A stretch of 59,173 bases of DNA, counting the filler. It is 4 parts of 4 records of this genome, joined end to end, with 100 filler letters (N's around TTAATTAATTAA, not from the genome) between each part and the next. Parts side by side here need not be neighbours in the genome. Positions count along the whole stretch, not along the records: positions 17,127 to 34,525 come from SRR31147125_7125; positions 34,626 to 51,746 come from SRR31147125_7149; 2 more parts are not named here. One strand, written 5' to 3'. The notes beneath the pieces were generated by a model. It saw only the letters and a program-made list of their open reading frames with translations, was not told where the DNA came from and searched no databases. How positions within the stretch are numbered: the stretch's first letter is position 1; each line of letters starts with the position of its first letter. Both the position numbers and the translations under genes were made by a program. This document shows positions 30,654 through 41,662 of this stretch, one piece after another.

Positions 30654-32297
30654 ATGAACAATATTTTTAGGCCTAAGCTTTTTAGCTTATTAAAAGTTGG
30701 TATAAGTAAAAAGCAAATTAGTTCTGATATTCTTGCTGGCATTGTAGTAGGCATTGTAGCACTCCCATTAGCTATTGCATTTGCTGTTGCATCTGGAGTG
30801 TCTCCTGAAAAAGGACTAATTACAGCAATTATCGCTGGTTTTTTTATTTCTTTTCTGGGTGGTAGTCGTATCCAAATTGGAGGACCTACCGGTGCATTCA
30901 TTGTTATTGTTTACGGAATTGTTGAGCAGTACGGTTTTAATGGGCTTATAATTTCAACCATTCTAGCTGGCATAATACTAATTATCTTTGGGCTACTCAA
31001 GCTAGGAACCTTATTGAAATATTTTCCCCACCCCTTGATTGTAGGTTTTACCAGTGGTATTGCAATTGTTATTTTCTCAACTCAAATAAAAGATGCACTC
31101 GGACTTGATATCCAAAACGTTCCATCAGAATTCATTCAAAAGTGGGCGATTTACCTTGGAAATATTAACCAAATCAATTTTTATGCATTACTAATCTCAG
31201 TAATTACAATACTCATAACTATCTTTTCTAAAAAGATTACAAAAAAAGTTCCAGGATCATTTATTGCCATCATCTTCATCACTTTAACTGTAAATATACT
31301 GGGTATACCTGTTACTACAATTGAATCATTTTTTGGAGAAATTCCTACTAGTTTCAGCTTCGAAGTACCGCAAATAGAATTTAGCAACATTCACAATTAC
31401 CTTGCTCCAGCATTAACCATTGCCTTGCTTGGAGGTATTGAATCTCTTCTTTCGGCTGTTGTATCTGATGGAATGATTGGCGGAAAACACCGTTCCAATA
31501 CAGAACTCATTGCCCAAGGAATTGCCAATATAATAACTCCATTTTTCGGAGGAATACCTGCAACAGGGGCAATTGCCCGAACAGCTACCAATGTAAAAAA
31601 CAACGGAAGAACTCCTATATCAGGGATTACGCATGCCATAACACTCTTATTCATTATGCTTTTTCTGGGAAAATGGGCAAAACTAATTCCAATGTCGTGC
31701 CTTGCTGGTATTTTAATCGTAGTTGCATATAACATGAGTGAATGGAGATCATTTATTTTAATTTTGAGAGGTTCATTCTTTGATAGCATTATACTGATAA
31801 GCACCTTCATTCTAACCGTATTTGTTGATCTTACCATTGCAATTGAAGTAGGCGTTGTGCTTTCTGCAATTCTGTTTATGAAACGAATGTCTGATATTTC
31901 AGAAAAGCGAGTCAATAACATTGTTGATTCAGATATCATTGAAGACTATTCCCAGATTCCCAAAGGAATATCAATCTATGAAATTAGTGGACCGCTATTT
32001 TTTGCATCTGCACGAAAATACTCTGAAGTAATCGAAAAGATTGGAGTGAAGAGCAAGGTAATGATTATTCGTATGCGGCATGTCTCTTTTGTTGATCAAA
32101 CCGGTCTTCATAATTTAAAAGACACAATAAAGATTTTAAAAAAATCGGGTACAATAGTCATTTTATCAGGAGTAAACCAAGAAGTTTTAAACGATTTTAA
32201 CAAATCACAGCTAACTTCTATTGTAGACCAGAATAACATCTTTGATTCATTTGATTCTGCAATTGAAGGTGCTAAAGAATATTTGAAAAGATCATAA
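30654..32297 (+). CDS. sulP: SulP-family anion transporter with STAS domain
   Basis: DILAGIVVGIVALPLAIAFA, IGGPTGAF, ESLLSAVVSD, ATGAIART and GPLFF..DQTG motifs. Confidence 0.95.
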   Translation: MNNIFRPKLFSLLKVGISKKQISSDILAGIVVGIVALPLAIAFAVASGVSPEKGLITAIIAGFFISFLGGSRIQIGGPTGAFIVIVYGIVEQYGFNGLIISTILAGIILIIFGLLKLGTLLKYFPHPLIVGFTSGIAIVIFSTQIKDALGLDIQNVPSEFIQKWAIYLGNINQINFYALLISVITILITIFSKKITKKVPGSFIAIIFITLTVNILGIPVTTIESFFGEIPTSFSFEVPQIEFSNIHNYLAPALTIALLGGIESLLSAVVSDGMIGGKHRSNTELIAQGIANIITPFFGGIPATGAIARTATNVKNNGRTPISGITHAITLLFIMLFLGKWAKLIPMSCLAGILIVVAYNMSEWRSFILILRGSFFDSIILISTFILTVFVDLTIAIEVGVVLSAILFMKRMSDISEKRVNNIVDSDIIEDYSQIPKGISIYEISGPLFFASARKYSEVIEKIGVKSKVMIIRMRHVSFVDQTGLHNLKDTIKILKKSGTIVILSGVNQEVLNDFNKSQLTSIVDQNNIFDSFDSAIEGAKEYLKRS

Positions 32298-32452
32298 AAA
32301 CATGTTTACATTCTAAATAAAACTGATTATAATTCGACACTCCTATTAATCGAATCAAACTCCTGTTGACCTCAACTTTTTTTAATAAATTTAATTCGAA
32401 TTGCAACCCTAAATAAAAATCCTTGTCAGTAATAGCGAAAACAGACTAAGAA

Positions 32453-33004
32453 TTGGGAAAAGCAGCATTTATACACCAAGACCTGATTGAAGACAGCAAG
32501 CGCGGCAGCGACCGGGCACGCTTTCAATTGTATCAGCTATATTCCAAAGCGATGCTCAATGTGTGTTACCGCATAATGAATAATCGTGAGGATGCTGAAG
32601 ACATGCTTCAGGAAGTATTTTTGCAGGCTTTAACCAAACTGGATCATTTTCGCTATGAATCAAGCTTTGGAACATGGATAAAAACCATTGCCATAAGAAC
32701 TTGTATCAATGCCATAAAGAAGCGAAAACTCGATCTGGTGTATTGTGAGGAGATATACGATCAAGGGTCATCAGAAGAAAAGACAAATGATGTTGAATTG
32801 ACGGTAGACAAAGTCCTTAAAGCCATGGAAAAATTGCCAGAAGGTGGCCGGATCGTTTTCTCACTATACCTGCTTGAAGGTTACGATCACGGTGAAATTG
32901 CCCAAATAATGGGCATCACCGAATCGACCTCCAAATCGCAGTATATGCGGGCAAAACGCAGGGTGCATGATATTTTAAGTAACGAACAATTGCAAACAGC
33001 ATGA
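32453..33004 (+). CDS. ECF RNA polymerase sigma factor
   Basis: DAEDMLQEVF and LPEGGRIVFSLYLLEGYDHGEIA..STSKSQYMRAK motifs. Confidence 0.93.
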   Translation: MGKAAFIHQDLIEDSKRGSDRARFQLYQLYSKAMLNVCYRIMNNREDAEDMLQEVFLQALTKLDHFRYESSFGTWIKTIAIRTCINAIKKRKLDLVYCEEIYDQGSSEEKTNDVELTVDKVLKAMEKLPEGGRIVFSLYLLEGYDHGEIAQIMGITESTSKSQYMRAKRRVHDILSNEQLQTA

Positions 33005-33516
33005 AAAAAGATCGTTTAGAAACATTCATTACAAATAATAAAACATCATTTGATGTTCATACTCCATCAGCTGATGTTTGGGAAACGCTGAATAAAGAAC
33101 TTCAGCAAATAGAAAAGAAGCACTGGATAAAATCTCGATGGTTGCAAATTGCTGCTACACTCGTTGTCGTGTTTATTGCATCGGGCATCCTTGTGAATTC
33201 ATATCTATCTCCATCAAATGGAATTCGTTTTTCATCAAATGCCGACCCTGAAGTACGTGAATTAATTGAAGCCGAAGCTTACTATGCACAACAAGTGAAT
33301 GGGAAAATGAAAGAAATTCGCAAGTGTTATAAGCTAATGCCCGAATTACAAATGGACGTTGAAAATGACCTACTTGAGTTGGAAAGCATGTATAATATAC
33401 TGAGAAGAGATTTGAAAGAAAATGTTTCCAACAGGGAGGTTATTGAAGCTATGATAGAGAACAATCGCTACCGAATGAAACTGGTAGATGAAGTACTGGA
33501 ACAGATTAATTGCTAA
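33001..33516 (+). CDS. Putative anti-sigma factor (single TM segment)
   Basis: Overlaps the sigma stop (ATGA); FDVHTPSADVW, TM segment and C-terminal EAMIEN..RMKL, as in Bacteroidota ECF partners. Confidence 0.6.
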   Translation: MKKDRLETFITNNKTSFDVHTPSADVWETLNKELQQIEKKHWIKSRWLQIAATLVVVFIASGILVNSYLSPSNGIRFSSNADPEVRELIEAEAYYAQQVNGKMKEIRKCYKLMPELQMDVENDLLELESMYNILRRDLKENVSNREVIEAMIENNRYRMKLVDEVLEQINC

Positions 33517-33519
33517 GTC

Positions 33520-34525
33520 ATGAAGAATATAGATTTAAGTCGCCAATTGATTCTACTGCTAGTTATACTTTTTGCCGGAAGTATAACTGCCCGCGCCCAA
33601 TTTACCGAAACCCGTGAATTTATGAAGCGGTTTAAGGTAACTCCGGAGCAAAGCATAGAAATTACCAACAAATATGGGAAAATTGAGCTCATAACTTGGG
33701 AAAAGGATTCCGTAGTTTTTGAGGTCAAGATGAAGGTAGAAGAGAAAAAGCTTTCACGACTGGACAAAGCTCTGGACAACATTGACTTTGATTTTACAGA
33801 GAGCCAGCATTACCTGATTGGGCGAACCATTGCCGATAAAAATAGAAGTCAGCTTGGGAGCGAATTCCTTAAATTTAAAGAGACTTTATTACAAACTGAC
33901 GGGAGCATTGAAATTGATTATAAAGTTTGGTTGCCGACAAGCAATCCTTTGAAAATTGAAAATAAATTTGGCGACATTTATTTAGACGATTACAAGGGTG
34001 AACTTGAGATTAGACTTAGTAACGGAAAACTAAAAGCCCATGATCTTAATAAGCGTAGCCGTGTTATTCTAAATTTTGCAGACGCTACAATCAATACGAT
34101 GAATAATGGAATTATTGAATCAAGCTACAGCGATGTCTACATCAAAAATGGAAACCAAATAAGTTATTCCGGTAAATCCTCTGAAGTAGAAATTATTGAG
34201 CTTGAAAATTTGACCATTGACTCCCGACGTGATAAATTTCGTTTAAGACGAATTGGAACTCTGGAAGCTGATGGTAATTTTTCAAATTTTAGGATAACCG
34301 ACTTACTTGAACGTGCAAATATTCGAATGATTTATGGTGATCTCGAAATTGAAAATGTAATGGCTGATTTTGAAGATATTCGTATTGAATCCAAATCGAC
34401 AGACATCAACCTTTATTTCTCGACAGAATCAGAATTTGGATTTGAAATTGATGAAACCAAAGCCGAATTAGATCTTACTCGGGAAATGGTAATAGTTGAA
34501 CAAAAAGAAATTGATAAAAAAGAAG
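33520..34525 (+). CDS. Secreted DUF4097-like beta-strand repeat protein (3'-truncated)
   Basis: Signal peptide; ITNKYGKIELITW, IDYKVWLP, IENKFGDIYL and beta-repeat pattern. Confidence 0.65.
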
Positions 34526-34625
34526 NNNNNNNNNNNNNNNNNNNNNNNNNNNNNNNNNNNNNNNNNNNNTTAATTAATTAANNNNNNNNNNNNNNNNNNN
34601 NNNNNNNNNNNNNNNNNNNNNNNNN
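34526..34625. other. Artificial contig linker
   Basis: N-run + TTAATTAATTAA + N-run. Confidence 0.98.
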
Positions 34626-34708
34626 CTGTGGCTCTGTGAGAGAAAAGATGGTTTTGATTTTATCAGCGTTTATCTGTGTGCATCCGCGGCTAGTATAGGT
34701 CTTTAGTT

Positions 34709-35734
34709 TTGAATATAAGAATTGCAACAGATTCAGATCAACAAGCCTGGGACTCATATGTCTGGAGTCATCCTGACGCTGTGGCCTACCATCAGTTTGC
34801 CTGGGGGCAGGCCGTCAGGAACGCTTATGGGTTTGAACCAGTTTATCTGATTGCCGAAGATCAAGGCCAAATCACAGGTGTTTTGCCCTTAATCAGGTTG
34901 AAGGTTCCACTGCTGGGATCTCAGCTTGTATCACTCCCCTATTGTGACCTGGGTGGTGTGCTTGCCAAAGACGATAGCGTTGCTGCTACGTTATTTGATT
35001 ATGCGATCGATCTTGCAAAGAATAACAACGATAAAAAAGTTGAACTGCGCCAATCCGCAGAAGGAAATGATCTGGAACAAGCGAGTAAAGTTCGAATGGT
35101 TTTACAGTTACCAGGGTCATCAGACGAGTTGATGAAAGGCTTCAAAGCCAAACTGCGCAGTCAGGTAAAAAAGCCGTTGAAGGACGGTCTGACCAGTGAG
35201 CTTGGCGGTGCGGAACTGATTGATGACTTTTACCAGGTTATGTCAGTTAATATGCGTGATCTGGGATCGCCCGTTCACAGCCGTCGCTGGTTTCAAGCTG
35301 TGGTTGATCAATTTGGTGAAAAAGCCCGTGTCGGAATCGTGAGAAACTCTGATGGGAAAGCCATTGGTGGGGGAATTGTTTTGTTACATAAAGAGATTGT
35401 CTCAATCCCTTGGGCTTCAACTTTACGCGAGTATAACCGCTTGAACCCAAATATGTTGCTTTACTGGTCTTTTTTGTCTTTTGCAGCAGACGCCGGTTTT
35501 AAAAAGTTTGATTTTGGTCGTTCGACCCCTGGTGAGGGGACATACAAGTTTAAGCAGCAGTGGGGGGCAAAACCGGTCAACCTTAATTGGTGGGACGCTT
35601 TAAATATTAACAATTCCTCGGTTGAGTCTGGCAAAAGTGAGGTTCGTAATTTTGTAGAAAGCGCCTGGTCTCGGCTCCCAGTTTCCGTTGCAACTTTTTT
35701 AGGGTCAAGGCTTCGGTCTTATGTCAGCTTGTAG
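34709..35734 (+). CDS. FemAB-like GNAT protein, PEP-CTERM/exosortase-system associated
   Basis: WDSYV..YHQFAW, LVSLPYCDLGG, KLRSQVKK, MRDLGSPV and FDFGRST..TYKFKQQWGA motifs. Confidence 0.88.
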   Translation: MNIRIATDSDQQAWDSYVWSHPDAVAYHQFAWGQAVRNAYGFEPVYLIAEDQGQITGVLPLIRLKVPLLGSQLVSLPYCDLGGVLAKDDSVAATLFDYAIDLAKNNNDKKVELRQSAEGNDLEQASKVRMVLQLPGSSDELMKGFKAKLRSQVKKPLKDGLTSELGGAELIDDFYQVMSVNMRDLGSPVHSRRWFQAVVDQFGEKARVGIVRNSDGKAIGGGIVLLHKEIVSIPWASTLREYNRLNPNMLLYWSFLSFAADAGFKKFDFGRSTPGEGTYKFKQQWGAKPVNLNWWDALNINNSSVESGKSEVRNFVESAWSRLPVSVATFLGSRLRSYVSL

Positions 35735-36527
35735 GTGCTTATGGATATCTCTTTTGTCATTTTGACATGGAATTCTGAATCTTACTTGAATAAGTGTTTT
35801 GATTCTTTGCTCACCTGTCTGGATTCAGAACATTTCGACTACGAAATCTTCATTATTGAAAATGGTTCCACCGACAGAACTGTTGAGCTTTTAAAAAATT
35901 ATGAAAAGCAGTGCCCGGCGCTTGAGGTGATTTATCTGCCGGAAAATGTTGGCACGACACGCTCACGTAATATGGGCTTAAAAAAATGTTGTGGTGATTA
36001 TATCTGTATTATGGACTCTGATGTCGAGATCAGCAGCCCAGTTTTTAAGACTTTGATTGAAACATTGGAGGAAAGTCCAAAAACCGGGCTGGTTGTTCCT
36101 AAAATCATTTACCCCAGTGGAAAATGGCAGAAGTCAATTGATCAGTTTCCGACCTTGCTTCACAAACTTAATAGATTTCTCTTTTTAAGGAATATTGAAG
36201 AAAAAGAAGGTCAATTAGCGGTCGATGTTGATCAGAAAAAAGTGTCGATTACGCAATTTCAGCATTCTGGTTGCTTAAAAAAGAACTTCTCGAAAAGGTC
36301 GGTTTCCTCGATGAAAATTATTTCTATGCACCGGAAGACGTAGATTATTGTCTTTCTACCTGGAAAGCGGGATATGAAATCATCTATCAGCCTGAAGCTG
36401 AAGTGATTCATCATACACAGGAAATTTCGCGCGGGCTGAAGTTAAACAAGGCGAAAAAAGAACATATCAAGGGGCTGATCTACTATTTTCAGAAGCATAA
36501 GTACTTTTTAGAAAACCTTTATTCTGA
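35735..36527 (+). CDS. GT2-family glycosyltransferase (frameshift at A-run 36236-36241; probable second one near 36505)
   Basis: SFVILTWNS, ENGSTD and MDSD motifs; the shifted frame gives VDYAISAFW..FLDENYFYAPEDVDYC. The end is inferred as ..KYFFRKPLF* (the ORF track runs on to 36654). Confidence 0.82.
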
Positions 36528-36571
36528 TTTAGATTGTCATTTTATATCAATTGATTGGATGTCAAATTCGA

Positions 36572-37927
36572 ATGAAAAAAGTTCTTTTTCTAGCATACAC
36601 GTATCCACCCGACTCAAGGAGTGGGACTTTTCGTATTCTCCATTTTGCCAATGAAATTGCTGCAAGGGGAAATTACAGACCATTTATTCTTACTGTAGAT
36701 GAAAAATATTATGAAGAAGGGGTGCAACTTGATAAGCAACTTGTTAGACAGGTAAATGAAAATGTTACTGTTATAAGAACGAGAAGTCTACAGTACAGGG
36801 ATTTTATTTTAGGTTTGAAATTATCTTTTTCTAGAAACTCAAATGAAAATATATCTTGTTCATCAGAAGTGCAAAAAACACCTTCTAGTAATAAAACCAT
36901 ATGGCAGCAAGTTAAAGATATTATTACCGAAGAGATATGTGCATTTCCTGATAGACAGTCGGGTTGGCTTCCTTTTGCCGTTTTTGCAGGGATCAAAACA
37001 ATTCGGAAAGAAAAAATTGATATCATTTTTGCAACAGGTTCACCCTGGACATCTTTTTGTGCAGGAGCATTAATAAAAATGTTTACTAACTGTCCACTAA
37101 TTATTGATTACAGGGATCCTTGGAATGACAATCCATTTCTGGATAAAAAATCAAAATTGTTTAAAAATGTTTCTAAATTCCTTGAAAGAAAAATTGCCCT
37201 CTTTTCAAATGCTATAATATCAAACACACATACCTTTAATCAGCTATTAACTACTAAATATCCCATGAAAAAGTCACTATATACTGTTCATAACGGTTAT
37301 TTACAAAAGGATATTGATTCAATTACCATTGAAAATAATAATCATGATAATGGTGAACTAATTTTTACATACACAGGCGCATTATACGGGCACCGGTCTA
37401 TTGATGCCTTTCTGATTGCTTTTAAAGATTTGATCACTAAAGCAGATTGTTCACAGTCTCTTCGCTTGCAGATTATAGGCGTAGAAAACAACATGAAATT
37501 GACGTGTGAAAGAATATTAGGCACGGATCTGGTGGAAAAGCATTGCTATATTGCTGGTAGAATACCGCATGAACAGTGCCTCCAATATCAAATGAATTCA
37601 CATTGTCTTCTAATTTTTCAACAGGGAACGGCCAATCAAATACCAAGAAAAATTTTTGAATATATGGCAATACGTAAACCAATTCTCGCTATTGTAGATT
37701 GTGATGGTGAAACCTCTAATCTTATAAATAAAAATCGCTGTGGAATTGTTGTTAATGATAGCCCTGATTCAATAAAGTCCGCTCTAGAAGATATGTGTTT
37801 GAATTATGATAAGCACTTAGCTATCACTGAGAGTAACGATTCCTACAAGCAGTATGATGTGAGGGAGCTTTCACTTAAAATTGAAACAATCATGGATAAA
37901 ACAATCTCACCGAACACGAGATCTTGA
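36572..37927 (+). CDS. GT4-family glycosyltransferase
   Basis: MKKVLFLAYTYPP, FPDRQSGW, DYRDPW, YTGALY and PRKIFEYM motifs. Confidence 0.9.
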   Translation: MKKVLFLAYTYPPDSRSGTFRILHFANEIAARGNYRPFILTVDEKYYEEGVQLDKQLVRQVNENVTVIRTRSLQYRDFILGLKLSFSRNSNENISCSSEVQKTPSSNKTIWQQVKDIITEEICAFPDRQSGWLPFAVFAGIKTIRKEKIDIIFATGSPWTSFCAGALIKMFTNCPLIIDYRDPWNDNPFLDKKSKLFKNVSKFLERKIALFSNAIISNTHTFNQLLTTKYPMKKSLYTVHNGYLQKDIDSITIENNNHDNGELIFTYTGALYGHRSIDAFLIAFKDLITKADCSQSLRLQIIGVENNMKLTCERILGTDLVEKHCYIAGRIPHEQCLQYQMNSHCLLIFQQGTANQIPRKIFEYMAIRKPILAIVDCDGETSNLINKNRCGIVVNDSPDSIKSALEDMCLNYDKHLAITESNDSYKQYDVRELSLKIETIMDKTISPNTRS

Positions 37928-39201
37928 ATGTCACTAACTGCTCTTGCTTATTTAACCCTTCTTTTTGTTTTAGGCTACTTGTGTCTATCAAAATCGCCTT
38001 TTTGGGGTGTTATTATTTGTCTGGTTGTTTATTTTATCAACCCAAATGAGCACTGGTGGGGCTCTGATTTTTCTCACATGAGATTTAGTTTATTTGCAGT
38101 TGGAATAACTGCTGTAAGCTACATATTTCATAAAGATAAGCTAAACGGCATAAAGGTGTTTTGTACAAGATATCGCCATCTCATCTTTTTTTAGTGTTGT
38201 CGTGCATTGTTTCTTTTTTTGCCGTTGATCAAAGAGCTAGCTATAGTCGCTGTTACGATCTCGCGACTTTTTTGATTGTTGGTTATTTTGTTTTAGTAAG
38301 TGTGACAGACGATAATAAATTATTTCTATTAATTTTTGTCATTTTGATACTTGGGGCAGTATTAGGTGTTGAAGCATACACATCCCCGCGCTATGGCGGC
38401 AGGTTAGAAGGCATTGGTCCCTCTGATTCAAATGATTCCAATAACCTTGCCTTACTTTTAGCGAGCCTCGTTCCTTTAGGGCTTCCATGCTTTCTGGCTA
38501 CAAAAAAAATAGGGCTGAAAATAGCTGTAATTATCTGTATTGCCTTTATTAGCAACGGTATAATTTTAGCCAATAGTCGGGGTGCTGTTTTAGCACTTAT
38601 TGTTGCGTGTCTTTCTATGGTGCTGCTCAGTGGGTCTTGGCAGTTTAAAAAAAGAATGATTGTGCTTTTGTTGGTTGGTTTTATTGGTTTTTGGTATCTT
38701 TCTGATGCAGCTTTTTTCTCACGATTTCGAACAGTTGTAGACGCTAATGCTGATAGAGGGTCGGGTCGTTTAGATATTTGGAGCTATGGACTAGAAATTG
38801 CGAAAGACCATCTCCTAGGCGCCGGCGGGGACGGTTTTAGGCGTTTGAGTAATCATTATATGCCAAATGAATTACTCACCGGTGGTGAGCGAGTTCCCCA
38901 TAATACCTATTTATTGGTTCTTTGTGAACAAGGGTTGATTGGCTTGACTCTTTATTTGTCGTTTATCTATTTATGCCTTAAAGATTTGTATGCCGCTATA
39001 AAACGAAGTAGTGCCAGTGATCAACTCAGATTCATGATTTCCTTGAGCTTAATGGCTTCTCTGGTTTGTCACCTCGTTGGATCATTTTTTGGAGACAGAC
39101 TGTACTATCAATTTTTTTATATATTGATAGCCCTTATAATTGTTGTGAGTTATGTGCCAAATCAGGCACTTCCGTCACTTAATAAAGGCAGACATGAATA
39201 A
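37928..39201 (+). CDS. O-antigen ligase/Wzy-like polymerase (frameshift at T-run near 38186-38192)
   Basis: Multi-TM; NPNEHWWG, DSNNLA, SRGAVLAL, GRLDIW and PHNTYLLVLCEQG motifs. Two ORFs join by adding one T. Confidence 0.85.
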
Positions 39202-40294
39202 AATACGTAAAATATTTCATATCGTCTACTCTTTTGAATCTATAGGCGGACTTGAAAACGGGTTGATAAATATAGTCAACAACTCTGATACAAGTAAATT
39301 TCAACACGTTATTTGCTCGTTAACTACAGTTGGCAGTTTATCTTCAAGAATCACAAACTCGAATGTTTCTTTTTATAATTTAGGAAAACAAGCTGGCAAT
39401 GATTTTTCGTTGCCATTCAAAATTTATAAAATTTTAAGGCATGAAGCACCTGATGTTGTTCATTTAAGAAATTGGCCTACAATGGTTGAGGGTTTTATCG
39501 CCGCGAAAATGCTAGGAAGAACAAAAATCATTTATTCTGAGCATGGCAGACACTTCGAGTCGGTATGGCAAAAACAATATTTTAAAACGGCCGTTATCCG
39601 TTTTGTTTTGAGTCATGTAGATCAATGCCTTTGTGTCTCAAATGATGTAGCTGTTGAAATGCAGCAACTTTATCAGTTGAAGCGAACTGTCGATGTTGTA
39701 CTTAATGGTGTGGACACTACCAAGTTTTGTCCCTTTGAGGTGACTGACAAGAGGTCTAAAGAAGGTTGGGTTAATGCAATTAATGTGGGCTCAGTTGGCA
39801 GGCTTGATAAGGGAAAAAGATATTATGAGCTTATATCGGATTTCGCTGAACATATACAAGGTGCGAACTTAATAATTGCTGGAGGCGGGCCGGAGTCTAC
39901 CCGGTTAAATAAACTTGTCGATAGCCTCGGTAAGGAAAAGTGTGTTTATCTTCCAGGTAGTGTCAATAATATTAGCGAATTACTTAATTGTTTTGACTTT
40001 TTTGTTCTACCTTCAGAAAGTGAAGGATTGTCTAATGCCATAATGGAGGCAATGAGTTGTGGTTTGCCAATAATTGCATATGACGTTGGCGGGAATAAAG
40101 AGTTGGTGGTGCATGGAAAAGGCGGTTATTTAATAAAGGCGGGCGATCGAAAATCTTTTATAGAAAAAATTAATTACCTTTCAGGCAATATGGAGCAGAT
40201 AAAGGAAATGGGACTCTTCAATAGGAACTATATTGAAAAGAATTATTCGCTCTCTTTGATGATAGAAAAATACAATTCTCTGTATAGCATTTAA
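39194..40294 (+). CDS. GT4-family glycosyltransferase (PEP-CTERM-associated type)
   Basis: GGLENGLINIVN, YSEHGR, SVGRL and PSESEGLSNAIMEAMSCGLP motifs. Confidence 0.92.
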   Translation: MNKIRKIFHIVYSFESIGGLENGLINIVNNSDTSKFQHVICSLTTVGSLSSRITNSNVSFYNLGKQAGNDFSLPFKIYKILRHEAPDVVHLRNWPTMVEGFIAAKMLGRTKIIYSEHGRHFESVWQKQYFKTAVIRFVLSHVDQCLCVSNDVAVEMQQLYQLKRTVDVVLNGVDTTKFCPFEVTDKRSKEGWVNAINVGSVGRLDKGKRYYELISDFAEHIQGANLIIAGGGPESTRLNKLVDSLGKEKCVYLPGSVNNISELLNCFDFFVLPSESEGLSNAIMEAMSCGLPIIAYDVGGNKELVVHGKGGYLIKAGDRKSFIEKINYLSGNMEQIKEMGLFNRNYIEKNYSLSLMIEKYNSLYSI

Positions 40295-40301
40295 AAGATA
40301 A

Positions 40302-41662
40302 GTGATTCCAGGAATGATTAGATATATTTTATATAATATTAGATATTTAAAAAATAAAAAATACTTCGATAGTATAGACAGTAATTTAAGTTTAATAAAT
40401 GAATTTGATAGTATTTCATGTTATGAAAAGTACAATTTACAGAATGAAAAAATAAATAATATACTTTGCCACACAGTTAGTTCATGTGAATTTTATAAAC
40501 GGTACAAAAAGAGTTTAAATTCTTATAGTAAAAAAGATATAGAGTCTTTTCCTGTACTGACAAAGAATATTATTCGAGAAGAATCAAAACTTTTAATTAG
40601 TGATAATATCTCTTCGGGGGTGAAAAAAACACTTCTGGTGGTACTACTGGTGAGCCAGTTATTATATTTCAATGCGAAAACTATTCACATTGGAACCATG
40701 CGTATGTTGAATTTATGTATCAATCATACACAAGGAAGAATAAATATAATCGTAAAGTTATAAAACTTTGGGGTTCAGAAAGAGATATACTCAAGGGTAA
40801 TGAAAGTTTAAGTATTCGAATGTGGAATTATTTAGATAATCTGAAATTGCTTAATGCATTTATGATGAATGATTATTTAATGCAGAATTATAAAAAGGTT
40901 ATTGAGGACTACAGTCCAAGTATCATAGAAGCTTATGCTCAATCTGCATATGAATTTGCTCTTTTTTTGAAAAGAAAAAATTATAAATTATCTGTTCCTG
41001 TCATTTTGACCAGTGCTGGCACACTAGAGCCTTCAATGGAAGAAATAATAAAAGACTCTTTTCCAGAGTCTAAGATAATAAATCGATATGGTTCTCGTGA
41101 ACTTGGTGGAATTGCCTGTAGTTGTGACGGTAGTGATTTTCTCCATGTGTCTATGTTAAGTCATTATGTAGAAGTGGTGGATGATGATGGAAATCTACTG
41201 CCTGATGGTGAGGTTGGTAATATTGTAGTTACCTGTTTAACGAATTATGCGATGCCTTTAATACGTTATGAGATAGGTGATAGGGGTATCCTGAAAAGAG
41301 GGTCTGCGTGCCCAAAGTGTGGTTGGCAGGGCGATATACTTGAAAAAATAACAGGGCGCACGGTTGATGTTTTTAAAAGTAAAGATGGATCATTGATAGA
41401 TGGGGAGTTTTTTACACACCTTTTTTATTTTAGAAACTGGGTGAAAAAATTTCAAGTTATTCAACAAAGTTTAGATCATGTAGATATCAATATTGTCCTT
41501 CAGTCTGGTTATAATGATATCCCCATAGATGATAGACTGGAAATAGATCAAGCATTTCGTAAGGTTCTTCCTGACATAGATATAAATTGGAATCAAGTAT
41601 CCGACATTATGAGTGATAAATCAGGTAAAATTCGTTTTACTATTTCAAATGTTGAGAGGTGA
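40302..41662 (+). CDS. CapK/phenylacetate-CoA ligase-like adenylate-forming enzyme (frameshift at A-run 40623-40629)
   Basis: FPVLTK; the shifted frame gives the TSGGTTGEP P-loop, contiguous with NRYGSRE, MPLIRYEIGD and SGKIRF. Confidence 0.88.
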
